Positions 14,410-23,443 of a stretch of 39,427 nt of DNA are shown in pieces; the stretch's first letter is position 1, and every line of letters begins with the position of its first letter. A program made the translations under genes and the position numbers. The DNA comes from a virus. Location: IMG/VR virus record IMGVR_UViG_3300045988_156365; one strand, 5' to 3'. The notes under the pieces are model-generated. The model did no database searches. It was not told the DNA's origin and was given only the letters and a program-made list of their open reading frames with translations.

Positions 14410-15602
14410 CCGAGAATGTGAAAATTTATACGCCCGGGGAGCTTACAGAGATGGGATGGGATTTCAAAACCACGCAATCCTTGAAAATACCCCCCTACGA
14501 TCAAGAGTTCGAAGAGCCGCTTTTAGCGGAAGATACTCCTGCCGACTGGAAGGATAACGTATCTTTATATCAATTCAAGCCCTATTTCCAAGGCCCCAAG
14601 GATGTGCCGTCCCTCCAATACAACAAATTCACAGACATAACCTATTTATGCGACGTGGAGCGAATTCCGGACATACCCGACAAATGGGCGATAAATCTCA
14701 AGGCTGGAATGTTATCCATCACTGGTTTAACCACGTCGGAAATAGTTTCGCTGAACCTGGAGTTCGCCTGCTATACAAATAGCGACACCCCGCTCCCCTT
14801 CACCGTGGGGAGCAAACTGGGATCGGGTGCCCTATATCCCACATACAATGGCTTTGCCACGAAATATACCAGACATGAAAGTCTCGAAATACGCACAGCC
14901 CCCATATACCTGCCATATCCTCCCGGAAAACCGTTCTCTGTATATTTCCAAAAAGATAATGTTTTTACCGATGGCGGATTGCATATCGTATATTTCAGAC
15001 TCGTGCCTGCGAGAATACCATCCATAACCACGTCGGCCGGGAAGTCATTCACAGACCCCAAAACCGGAGCTGTGAGAACGTATTCCAACACTCCCGTGTC
15101 CTGTTCTTCGGCCCAGGCATCACTTCAATCGGCCTCTGAATATGCCTCGTGCATAGAATACGGGGAGCAGGTTATCGTGGCCGCGGAACCCGGTAAAATG
15201 TACTTCCCCGAGGTGGAGCTCTATCAGTGGATTTCACCCCAGCAGCTCGACCAGTTCAAGAAAATGTATCCCGATTGTGTGGAGATTTCTTACAACAGCG
15301 CTCTGGGGTATGTGTACAGTCAGATCGGGGAGCTGTACGACATAGCCTCGATACTGGCCGGAGACACCAACGACGGTACGTCGAAGATCATGCGGTGGAT
15401 ATTGACCGTCCTGACGGCCTACAATATCACGAGCCCCTCGGCACGGCACTCCGAGACCCTGCGCGACAACTACGAGATGGTCGTAAAGAAGGTCACGGAG
15501 ATGAAAAACGGGGCTACGACGCTGCATGATGCCCCGATAAAGGAGACCCCGAATGCGTGGGGTACGGTAGTAAACGGATCGAAAAACAAAATGCGCGGAT
15601 AA
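14406..15602 (+). CDS. hypothetical 398-aa protein between terminase and portal
   Basis: ATGA overlap with terL. No motif recognised. Confidence 0.65.
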   Translation: MTENVKIYTPGELTEMGWDFKTTQSLKIPPYDQEFEEPLLAEDTPADWKDNVSLYQFKPYFQGPKDVPSLQYNKFTDITYLCDVERIPDIPDKWAINLKAGMLSITGLTTSEIVSLNLEFACYTNSDTPLPFTVGSKLGSGALYPTYNGFATKYTRHESLEIRTAPIYLPYPPGKPFSVYFQKDNVFTDGGLHIVYFRLVPARIPSITTSAGKSFTDPKTGAVRTYSNTPVSCSSAQASLQSASEYASCIEYGEQVIVAAEPGKMYFPEVELYQWISPQQLDQFKKMYPDCVEISYNSALGYVYSQIGELYDIASILAGDTNDGTSKIMRWILTVLTAYNITSPSARHSETLRDNYEMVVKKVTEMKNGATTLHDAPIKETPNAWGTVVNGSKNKMRG

Positions 15603-16934
15603 ATGGCACAATTTCATACCCCGAGGCAGCAGCCTTACAACCCCTTCCGCCCTATTGGGGCGCCGAATGTAAAGTCGAGGTACATTCCCAACCAGTACTT
15701 CGTCGAGTTCACTCCGAGCTGGTGGCGAAATGCCATCGACAACGCGGTGAACTACTCCGACCTTACGATGGTGGACACCCTGTATTCGTGGTGCATTCAG
15801 TCATCGCCGTTCCTGGTGAGCCAGATGAACAAGCGCCTGAACCCCATCGAGAATGCCGTATTTGCGTTCTACCGCGACGGCGAGATCGACGATAACCTCA
15901 CGGAGATGATAACCCACACCCGGTGGTTTAACAAGATGAAGCGCGAATTCGTGCTCTCTAAATTCTATGGCGTGCGTATCGTCGGCATCGACGTCGAAAA
16001 AGACACCATCACCAGCTACCCGCTGCGAAACATAGACATGGTGAACAGGGCGATCCGGTCGCAGACCTACGCCATAGAATCCGTGGCCAACGTCGATGAT
16101 TACGACAATATGTTCTACATGCAGCCCGACACCGACCAGGATTTCAAAATGGGAATGATGCAGCAGATTTCCCGCGCCATGATCGGCATTGTGGAGGCAT
16201 ACAACAACTGGTCGGTGATAAGCGCTACGTACTCATATCCCCGCACCACCGTGGGCTTCATCGACGGTAACGCGCAGGCACAAGCGCTGGCCGAGAATAT
16301 CGCCAACAACCTCGACCCGCTCGACACCCCCGTGCTGCCCTTCAAGCAGAACCTCGACAATAAGGAGAACGTCTACCAGGTGGAGGTCAAGCCCCTCCAA
16401 ACCCAAATGTACCCCGATGCCTTCCGCGTGTTCAAGGAGTACATAGACAGCTACCGCGCAGAGATCATGCAGGAGGTGACGGGAGGCACTCTGCTCGGCG
16501 CCACGGAGAAAAACACCAACTCCGAGCAGCTCGCGCAGATACATATGTCCCTCTACGAAGCACTGTGCAACGCCGACAAGCGCGACTTTGCGAACTTTTT
16601 CAACTACGAAGGTGCCATCCAGAAGATCGGCCGCCTGCTCGGCATAGATATGTCGGGCGTAAAGCTCATGGAGGTGCCCGACACCACCATCAGCGTGGAT
16701 AAGTTCGAGCGCATAGGCCGCGTGCTGGCTTCGCAGGGCATGGCATACAGCCCCGAGGTCATGCGTAAGGTCGGCATGGAGCCCTCCGACATAAACACTG
16801 CCGTGCGCAACAACAACTGGACGGAGGTCAAATTGCAGGCCAAATCCATCATGGCGAAAATAAAGTCGGCACTCACTCCCTCCATGAAAACAAACGACAA
16901 TGGCAACGATAGCAGACCTAAGGAGAAAGATTAG
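15603..16934 (+). CDS. portal protein (Mu gp29/DUF935-like)
   Basis: 443 aa. Position in the head module and an N-terminal block (...SPFLVSQMNKRLNPIENAVFAF...) resemble the DUF935 portal pattern as recalled from memory. Confidence 0.6.
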   Translation: MAQFHTPRQQPYNPFRPIGAPNVKSRYIPNQYFVEFTPSWWRNAIDNAVNYSDLTMVDTLYSWCIQSSPFLVSQMNKRLNPIENAVFAFYRDGEIDDNLTEMITHTRWFNKMKREFVLSKFYGVRIVGIDVEKDTITSYPLRNIDMVNRAIRSQTYAIESVANVDDYDNMFYMQPDTDQDFKMGMMQQISRAMIGIVEAYNNWSVISATYSYPRTTVGFIDGNAQAQALAENIANNLDPLDTPVLPFKQNLDNKENVYQVEVKPLQTQMYPDAFRVFKEYIDSYRAEIMQEVTGGTLLGATEKNTNSEQLAQIHMSLYEALCNADKRDFANFFNYEGAIQKIGRLLGIDMSGVKLMEVPDTTISVDKFERIGRVLASQGMAYSPEVMRKVGMEPSDINTAVRNNNWTEVKLQAKSIMAKIKSALTPSMKTNDNGNDSRPKEKD

Positions 16935-17397
16935 CACCGCCATCTACAACATCAAAACCCAAATTCCGGCTAAGGTGGCCGAAAGCATGGCCGGGGAAAC
17001 GCGCCTCAACTTCGAGCGCGAGGAGTATGGCAACGACGGCACGCCCCGGAAATGGGCGGACAGATGGGGAAAGAACCTGAAAACAAAGAGGTTCGAAAAC
17101 CTCGAATCATACCTCCGCTATCCGAAGCTGCGCCACAGAGGCCGTCTCGCCCGGAGCATCACACCCTTCTATGGGAGAGGTTTTGCCGGGCTGCGCGCCG
17201 CGGCGCCCTATGCGGAACTGCAAAACACGGGGAAGGGCGCCCGCACCGGAGGCAACCCTTTCCGCACGCGACCCTCGTCCTCGACGCCCGTGCGGCTCGG
17301 CACCAATCCCGTCGCCCGACCCTTTATGGGTGTTGGCCGAAGAACCGAACTCAATGCGCTCCGGCTATACTCCCGAGAGATCGCAAAACTGGTGTAG
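16900..17397 (+). CDS. virion morphogenesis / head completion protein (Mu G / HK97 gp10-like)
   Basis: 165 aa. ...RGRLARSITPFYGRGFAGLRAAAPYAELQNTG matches the G.L..SI......v....pYA...q.G pattern. The position after the portal matches Mu gene order. Confidence 0.45.
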   Translation: MATIADLRRKISTAIYNIKTQIPAKVAESMAGETRLNFEREEYGNDGTPRKWADRWGKNLKTKRFENLESYLRYPKLRHRGRLARSITPFYGRGFAGLRAAAPYAELQNTGKGARTGGNPFRTRPSSSTPVRLGTNPVARPFMGVGRRTELNALRLYSREIAKLV

Positions 17398-17460
17398 AAA
17401 AAATTTTATTTGCGAAATATTTTCCTTTGCACTACATTCGTAACGTCCTATACTGAAATT

Positions 17461-18057
17461 ATGATCGGTGAAATTTGCAAAACAATAGTTACGGCACTGC
17501 GGGCTTCGGAGCTCGTGGACGAAAATAATGTCAGTATAGTCCTCGCAAATGACAACGGAGAGGGGACGGTGAACACCGACCTCCCGGCCATAGCCGTAAG
17601 CGTGAAGGGAACCGAGCGTGACACCGGGGAGTTCATCGGAGGAATGATCTACAACCAGTACATCGTGCAGTTGTCGGTGATAACGCCGTTCGACAATCAG
17701 GCTGCGTCGCCAGACGATGACCACCAGTACGATCAGATGAACCTTGCATACAAGGTCATGCTCTATATGGCCGCGTGTTCGCGGGGAGTGATAAAGAACT
17801 CGGAGGGCGAATGGGTGCCGCTGGACTTTTTTACCGAGCTGAGGCAGAAATACGGCTTTACGCTCCTTTACAAGGAAACCGAGACCTATCAAACGATAGC
17901 TATGGAGCGCGATATGGCAAATCTCCCCGTGCATAACACGCGGCTCATATACATGGCTAACTTCGTCGACAACAGCACCTACGAACAGGATTCGTTCCTA
18001 TGTGATGCGATAGAGATGAAGTGTCTGTGCGATACAGTAAGGAGCACTAATTCATAA
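17461..18057 (+). CDS. hypothetical structural-module protein
   Basis: Start taken at ATG 17461 (MIGEICKTIV...). 198 aa. Confidence 0.55.
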   Translation: MIGEICKTIVTALRASELVDENNVSIVLANDNGEGTVNTDLPAIAVSVKGTERDTGEFIGGMIYNQYIVQLSVITPFDNQAASPDDDHQYDQMNLAYKVMLYMAACSRGVIKNSEGEWVPLDFFTELRQKYGFTLLYKETETYQTIAMERDMANLPVHNTRLIYMANFVDNSTYEQDSFLCDAIEMKCLCDTVRSTNS

Positions 18058-18064
18058 ATCTGAC

Positions 18065-20389
18065 ATGGCAAAAGCGACATATCAAATACTCTCGAACGAG
18101 GCGCTCAACAGTAAGGGTTTCGTGGTGCTCAACTCCAGCATCGACTGGAGCAGGTACCTCAAAAATCCGATCCTGCTGCGCAACAAAGATACGGGAGAAC
18201 ATTTCGGCCAGCCCATCGGGCGCGTCGAAGATATTCATTTGGAAAACGGCAGGTGGATCGGAAAGCTGGTGTTCGGCTCCTCCGAACTCGCACAGGCCGC
18301 AAAAAGAGATTACGAAGCCGGAATACTCAACGGAGTATCTATATTCGGTAGGGCGCGGATCGTCGAGCGCAATGGCAGGAAATACACTACATTTTTCGAG
18401 GTGTGGGAGATTTCCCTTGTCAACATACCGTCCAATCCCGATGCAGTGGCGATACGGGGAGAGGATAACGTTGGGTTGTCGGCAGTATCATTCGTGCCGG
18501 ACAGCATAGAGATCGAACAGATCGAGAGCCTGTCGGCATACCAAACAGACATCATAAACCAATTTGAGAACAAGATGAAAAACGAGGAAGAGAAAAAAGT
18601 CCCCGAAACCGGGACGGAGCAGGCTTTCGACGACCGCGTGTCGCTGAGCGCCATGTCTAAATTCCTGGAACTTATCGGACTGGCACCCCGAAAGAGGCTT
18701 CTCCGCGCGGATGAAATAGACCGCGACGCCAACCAGGACGACGCGGATGCCGGGCAGGATCAGCGTGATGCCCGCGAGAATCGCCGTGCTGCGCGCTATG
18801 AACGCGAAAAGGGCGATGATGCCGAAGCAAAACAGCTCGAAAAGGACGCCGAGCGCGACGACAAGATGGCCGAAAAGGACAAGAAGGAGGCCGACAAAGA
18901 CCGCCGCGAAGCCCGCGAAGAGAGGGCAAGCGCCCTGGCCGCAGAGGCCGTTACCGAAGCCCTTGCCGCAGCCACAGACGCGGCCCTAGCCGACGCCAAG
19001 GAAACCAAAGCCGAGGCAGCCAAACCCACGGCGCTCTCCGCTGCGGAGGATGCGCGAGTATTCAACGACAAAACAATCACAAAAACCAAAACAATGGTAA
19101 AACCCTTTTTCAAGTACATCAACGACCCTGAAAATCTGCCGAAGATTCAGGCAATCATGGGTCTGTCCGCCTCCTCGGGCACTGCCGACGGCGTTGCCGA
19201 GGTGAGCTTGTCGGCCGCACAGGACGCCGACGTTCGAGAATCAATTCAGGAGTTGTCCGCATCCATGCTCTGTGACCCCTATTTCATGGCCACCGTGCAG
19301 AACATGACCTTCCAGGTCAACGACGGACGCCGTGAGAGTGTCGTCGATACGATCCAGGGTCTCGCCTCGGGCAAAAAGTCGGGTCAGTTCGTGCAGAATG
19401 CCGACCTGGCAAAGATTTCGTGGCTCTCGCTGTTCGTTCGCCAGCTCTTTCCGCCTAACACGTGGGCTGACCGTGTACGCCGCCTGTCGGTGCGCGACAA
19501 GGAAGGCATCATCTGGGTGGAGAGCGCCGTCAACCCGGACATCTATTTCGGAGATCGCGCGCCGCTGAATGCGCCCAACTACCTCTACGACGACCTGCCG
19601 CGGGGACTGGAGCGCAAAGTGTTCTCCATGCAGCCTATTGTATGGCAGCCCGCGAACTCCGACGTCCTGGCCTACAACGACCGCGCAACGGGTCAGCTGG
19701 ATGCCATGGCCAAAATGTCCATGTGCATCCACAACTACTGGCTCCAGACCATCGCCGAGGCAGTTCCCGCAGCTAATCACCTTACAATGTCCGGCGCCGA
19801 ATTCGATTCGGCAAATCGCTTCCCGATCAACTCGGCCGCCACTGGCAAGCTGCTCGGCATGACCCTCAATGACCTGCTCGCCGCACAGGGCCGCTTCATC
19901 GCCCGCAACCTCAACTTCCGCCGCGGGAACGGTGTGGCTGTGTTCGCAGAGCCCTACTACACGTCGCTGGTGCAGACCGACAAGGTTCAGAGCATTCTGA
20001 CGCAGCAGTTGTCGAACGCCCGTCCCGAAGGCTTCACTTACTCGGGATTCGACGTCATGGCTCGCTCGGTCATCGCTGCCTACAACACTGCGTCGTCTAC
20101 GGTCGTGGATGCGGAGACTTATTTCGACAAGCCCGTCACCTTCGAAACCGGAGCTATCGACGCCAGTCATGTGAAACCCGTGCTGGGCGAGACGGTTTAC
20201 GACATCGGCCTCGGCTTTATCCCCGAGGAGGTCGTTGTGGCAATCGGCAACACGAACATCCATATGGTGTCCGATCCGAACAACTACGGTTGGAAAGTGT
20301 CGATGGATATTTCGACGGGTGCCGGAACTCTCCGAAGCAGCGCGGCAGGCATCGTTCTGTATCGCCCGACGGTATCCGCCGGAGCGTAA
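18065..20389 (+). CDS. prohead protease - scaffold-like linker - major capsid protein fusion
   Basis: The N-terminus (~130 aa) has HK97-type S78 protease features (GEHFGQPIGRVEDIHLENG, GVSIFGRARIV, EISLVNIPSNPDA). An aa ~200-320 D/E/K/R/A-rich coiled-coil-like stretch follows. The C-terminal ~430 aa are the only capsid-sized domain in the head module. Confidence 0.6.
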   Translation: MAKATYQILSNEALNSKGFVVLNSSIDWSRYLKNPILLRNKDTGEHFGQPIGRVEDIHLENGRWIGKLVFGSSELAQAAKRDYEAGILNGVSIFGRARIVERNGRKYTTFFEVWEISLVNIPSNPDAVAIRGEDNVGLSAVSFVPDSIEIEQIESLSAYQTDIINQFENKMKNEEEKKVPETGTEQAFDDRVSLSAMSKFLELIGLAPRKRLLRADEIDRDANQDDADAGQDQRDARENRRAARYEREKGDDAEAKQLEKDAERDDKMAEKDKKEADKDRREAREERASALAAEAVTEALAAATDAALADAKETKAEAAKPTALSAAEDARVFNDKTITKTKTMVKPFFKYINDPENLPKIQAIMGLSASSGTADGVAEVSLSAAQDADVRESIQELSASMLCDPYFMATVQNMTFQVNDGRRESVVDTIQGLASGKKSGQFVQNADLAKISWLSLFVRQLFPPNTWADRVRRLSVRDKEGIIWVESAVNPDIYFGDRAPLNAPNYLYDDLPRGLERKVFSMQPIVWQPANSDVLAYNDRATGQLDAMAKMSMCIHNYWLQTIAEAVPAANHLTMSGAEFDSANRFPINSAATGKLLGMTLNDLLAAQGRFIARNLNFRRGNGVAVFAEPYYTSLVQTDKVQSILTQQLSNARPEGFTYSGFDVMARSVIAAYNTASSTVVDAETYFDKPVTFETGAIDASHVKPVLGETVYDIGLGFIPEEVVVAIGNTNIHMVSDPNNYGWKVSMDISTGAGTLRSSAAGIVLYRPTVSAGA

Positions 20390-20409
20390 CGCAACACACA
20401 CAGGAAAAA

Positions 20410-20434
20410 CCAGCCCGACAACATGTCGGGCTGG
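20410..20434 (+). terminator. perfect 10-bp hairpin after the capsid gene
   Basis: CCAGCCCGAC-aacat-GTCGGGCTGG, followed by tattcc and A8 with no U-tract. It could act as an attenuator or RNA-stability element. Confidence 0.5.
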
Positions 20435-20482
20435 TATTCCAAAAAAAACTCAATATCAACAATTTAATTCCCCCTTTAAATT

Positions 20483-21049
20483 ATGATTCAGATCGCAACA
20501 TTCACCCGCAAGTTTTTCATCGAGCTCGTAAAGCAGCTCCAAATCTACGGCACCCTGTACGTCACTGAGGACGGCAACATCTACGTCAACGAATCGCAGG
20601 CGCAGACGCGCTGCCAGTCCCGCGAGAAGCTGGCGCACCTGAACGGAGAACTCGTCCAGGAGCTCCGCTATGCCCGCGTCGACAAATCCAATCCGCCCAA
20701 GGACACCGCGGAGTTCGAGGAGATGCTCGAAAACCAGTTCCGGGCACGCCGTCAGGCAGCCAAGAACTCCCTGGCAGAGGCCGAGAAGGAACGCAACAAG
20801 CCCGTCATATCCGATGCCGAGGCAGAAGCCCTGCTCGAAGGCAAGACCCCCGTTCCTGAGAAACAGAAGGAGGAAGCGGCAACAGAGGCGTTTATCGAAG
20901 GTGTGGAGTATGCCAAGGTTCGGGATGCCATCCGGGAAACCGTGAACCCGAAGCTGCACCACAGCGCCGGGTACTCCAAGACCCTGGAGGCGTACAACGT
21001 CCTGACCGACGAGCAGAAGGCCGCAGTCGGTGCAGAACTCGCAAAATAA
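20483..21049 (+). CDS. hypothetical protein (head-tail module)
   Basis: 188-aa ORF with an ATG start and a central charged helical region. Confidence 0.6.
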   Translation: MIQIATFTRKFFIELVKQLQIYGTLYVTEDGNIYVNESQAQTRCQSREKLAHLNGELVQELRYARVDKSNPPKDTAEFEEMLENQFRARRQAAKNSLAEAEKERNKPVISDAEAEALLEGKTPVPEKQKEEAATEAFIEGVEYAKVRDAIRETVNPKLHHSAGYSKTLEAYNVLTDEQKAAVGAELAK

Positions 21050-21065
21050 CAAAACCTACGCAAAT

Positions 21066-22319
21066 ATGGCAGTAGTAGATATTTATACAACTTTAGGCGA
21101 CACCAGGCTGGGCAACACCACACCCAGCGATGGTATTGGCATGATCGTCGCCCCGGCAATGGCCTCCTCGGGAACCGGAGGTGCGGCCTTCGCGCTCGAT
21201 ACCGCCTACCTCATTACCTCCGTTGCCGACCTTACGGCGATGGGTGTGACCTCGGAAACCGGAAGCATGCTCCTGTTCCAGGTGGAGGAGTATTACGCCA
21301 AGGCCGGGAGCGGCTCTCGCGTGTGGGTCGTGGGGTATGCTCAGGCCGAATACAAGACATTTATTTCGTCCAAGCTGGAATCCATCATCAGCGGTACCAC
21401 GGCGTCGAACTTCGACCTGCGTCCGCGCATGATATCCTTCGCATCGCCGCTTCCCACGTCCCAGGATTTCTCAGGGACGACCGAGGGGAAACTCCCGGCT
21501 ACCCACAAGACCCTCATTGGCAACCTGCAAACCGTACTCAACAACCTGTTCCAGCAGTCGATCCGCATGGTCGGCATCTTCGACGGCGTTGTTTGCGTTC
21601 CGGAAGGCAAGACCATCCTCACCACCGACCTGAGTAAGCTGGAGAATCTCGCAACGCTCAAGGCACCCCGCGTGGCCTATCAGGTTACAACTTCGAAGCC
21701 CGGCATGTCGGCATCCGTAGGCCGAACTCTCGGAATGCTGTCGAGCCTGTCGCTGGCGACGTCTCCCGGTGCCGTGACCACTGCCGGGGCAGCAGGCGAC
21801 ATCGACTATTTTGTGGATGTCACGGCCAGCGTCGACCCGCAAGATATCAACACTCCGGTATCGAAGCTTGTGCCTGAGAAGTGCAACCTCCTGGGTAAGA
21901 ACCAATACCTCTTCACCCGCGTGCGTCCGCAACTGGCAGGCGTATACTACAACGACGGCGCCACATGCAACGATCCGGAGATGGCTCTTTCGGAAATTTC
22001 GTTTGTCCGCGTGGGCAATGCCGTGTGTGACAGCGTGGAGAGATTCTTTGTCAAGTTGCTCCAGGAGAACATCCCGACGGATGCCTCCACCGGAGCGATC
22101 GACGCGGGATTCAAGTCCGGAACGCTGGCTCAGCTCGACGAAACAGAACTGACACCCCGTATCAACCGCGGAGAAGCACAGGCCATCAATGTAGATTTCG
22201 CCGCCAAAGACGGCAACTACAATATGTCCAAGGCTATCCAGGTTACCGTGGAGGTACTTCCCCTTAGCCCGCTCCGCGAGGCATATATCGAAACTTTCTT
22301 TGTAACTACGTTAAACTAA
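21066..22319 (+). CDS. tail sheath protein (positional)
   Basis: Start moved from the GTG at 21030 to ATG 21066 (MAVVDIYTT...). 417 aa, directly upstream of the tube, G/GT and tape-measure genes. A P2/Mu-type baseplate downstream implies a contractile tail. Confidence 0.55.
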   Translation: MAVVDIYTTLGDTRLGNTTPSDGIGMIVAPAMASSGTGGAAFALDTAYLITSVADLTAMGVTSETGSMLLFQVEEYYAKAGSGSRVWVVGYAQAEYKTFISSKLESIISGTTASNFDLRPRMISFASPLPTSQDFSGTTEGKLPATHKTLIGNLQTVLNNLFQQSIRMVGIFDGVVCVPEGKTILTTDLSKLENLATLKAPRVAYQVTTSKPGMSASVGRTLGMLSSLSLATSPGAVTTAGAAGDIDYFVDVTASVDPQDINTPVSKLVPEKCNLLGKNQYLFTRVRPQLAGVYYNDGATCNDPEMALSEISFVRVGNAVCDSVERFFVKLLQENIPTDASTGAIDAGFKSGTLAQLDETELTPRINRGEAQAINVDFAAKDGNYNMSKAIQVTVEVLPLSPLREAYIETFFVTTLN

Positions 22320-22324
22320 ACGCC

Positions 22325-22810
22325 ATGCCTAATCCTTATGTAGTGCCCTCGAAGGACGTCCAAATCTACCTTACTTTCGAGGGGCTTCCAGCAATCAAGA
22401 TCGGCACGGGTATCTCGCTCAACTTGCAGTACTCGCAGACAGTGCAGGACATATTCGCTATCGGGGAAACAGACCCTATCGACCTGGTGCAGCTCAACGC
22501 TCAGTATGCGGCCACTCTGTCGCACCAGACCGGGGAGCAGCACACCATCCTCGATGCGATCAACGGCGCTCTTCCGGCCGGGCAGACGCCCTATGCGTCC
22601 ATGCTCCAACTGCCGCCCTTCACGCTGACGAAAACCATGTCGCTGCGCAACAGCGCGACGCCAAAGACCGTCTCGGAATCCCTGTTAGGGTGCAAGTGCG
22701 AACAGTCGAGCTCGGACACTAACCGAAACGACGCGGAGACGCTTTCGTCCATCAACATCCGTGCCCGTGCCGTACAGCGCTCGGTCGCACCCATCCAAAC
22801 TATTGTGTAA
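22325..22810 (+). CDS. tail tube protein (positional)
   Basis: 161 aa, between the sheath candidate and the chaperone genes. Followed by a strong hairpin. Confidence 0.55.
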   Translation: MPNPYVVPSKDVQIYLTFEGLPAIKIGTGISLNLQYSQTVQDIFAIGETDPIDLVQLNAQYAATLSHQTGEQHTILDAINGALPAGQTPYASMLQLPPFTLTKTMSLRNSATPKTVSESLLGCKCEQSSSDTNRNDAETLSSINIRARAVQRSVAPIQTIV

Positions 22811-22815
22811 ACCAG

Positions 22816-22848
22816 GACGGGCGGGCACCCCAAGACCCGCCCGTCTTT
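22816..22848 (+). terminator. hairpin terminator/attenuator after the tube gene
   Basis: GACGGGCGGG-caccccaaga-CCCGCCCGTC followed by TTT. Confidence 0.55.
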
Positions 22849-22862
22849 AAAACCCAAAAATT

Positions 22863-23264
22863 ATGTCGCAAATACAAGAAACAGAGCGCCTTGACCTCCA
22901 ATACACCGTCACGGCCTCGTATTTCGTCCCCTCCTTCAACAAAGAAGGTCATATGATCGAGGAGGAGAAAAAGAACCAAAATATCGCCTTTTGGCGTTTA
23001 CAGCGCCGCAACATCGAGCACTCGAAGCTATCCATGTCGATCCTGTCGCGCGAGGAATCGGAGCAGAAGGGAGTGATTGGCCTGGCCATGGACTTCATCA
23101 AAGCCTGCTGCGTCGACGACAAGGTGCGCGAAGATTTGCTCGGCGACGCTCTCGCCTGCGTGGAAATCTTTCAGTCGGAACCTGTCAGCGAGGACTTCCG
23201 CCGTTTTTTCGGGACTTGGGAGTTCTTGAAGGCGCTCCCGAAGAATCCATCCGGCAAAAAATAG
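22863..23264 (+). CDS. tail assembly chaperone (gpG analogue)
   Basis: 133 aa, immediately upstream of the tape measure gene. The -1 frame is open across its 3' half. Confidence 0.75.
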   Translation: MSQIQETERLDLQYTVTASYFVPSFNKEGHMIEEEKKNQNIAFWRLQRRNIEHSKLSMSILSREESEQKGVIGLAMDFIKACCVDDKVREDLLGDALACVEIFQSEPVSEDFRRFFGTWEFLKALPKNPSGKK

Positions 23265-23443
23265 AGGAGTATGCGAAGGACGACCCTCTGCTTATCAAGA
23301 AGGCCGTCGTCTCCAGATACTTCCATGAGCCTTACTCTGACATGGAGAAAAGGCTAAGCATCAATGATATAGACAAGTTATATACACTTGCGCTTCACCT
23401 TGTCGACATCATAGACATGGCGCCCTTTAAATCTAAAAAATAA
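22863..23443 (+). CDS. tail assembly chaperone -1 frameshift product (gpGT analogue, ~193 aa)
   Basis: The zero frame runs to 23210, then the -1 frame (track ORF 22991..23443) runs to TAA 23441-23443, which overlaps the tape-measure ATG (TAATG). Confidence 0.7.
23204..23210 (+). promoter_or_regulatory. -1 programmed ribosomal frameshift slippery heptamer T TTT TTC
   Basis: Zero-frame codons are cgT TTT TTC, matching the X XXY YYZ rule. The -1 frame continues CGG GAC TTG (RDL...). Confidence 0.7.

Noticed and set aside
19241-20401. A 386-aa antisense ORF inside the capsid gene. Similar long antisense or off-frame ORFs include 23395..24417 (340 aa), 16233..16943, 20456..21052, 25697..26521 and 4621..5526.
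   Set aside because: They are fully embedded opposite, or out of frame with, strongly supported genes. They are Arg/Gly/His-rich with no motifs, which is typical of spurious ORFs in moderately GC-rich coding DNA.
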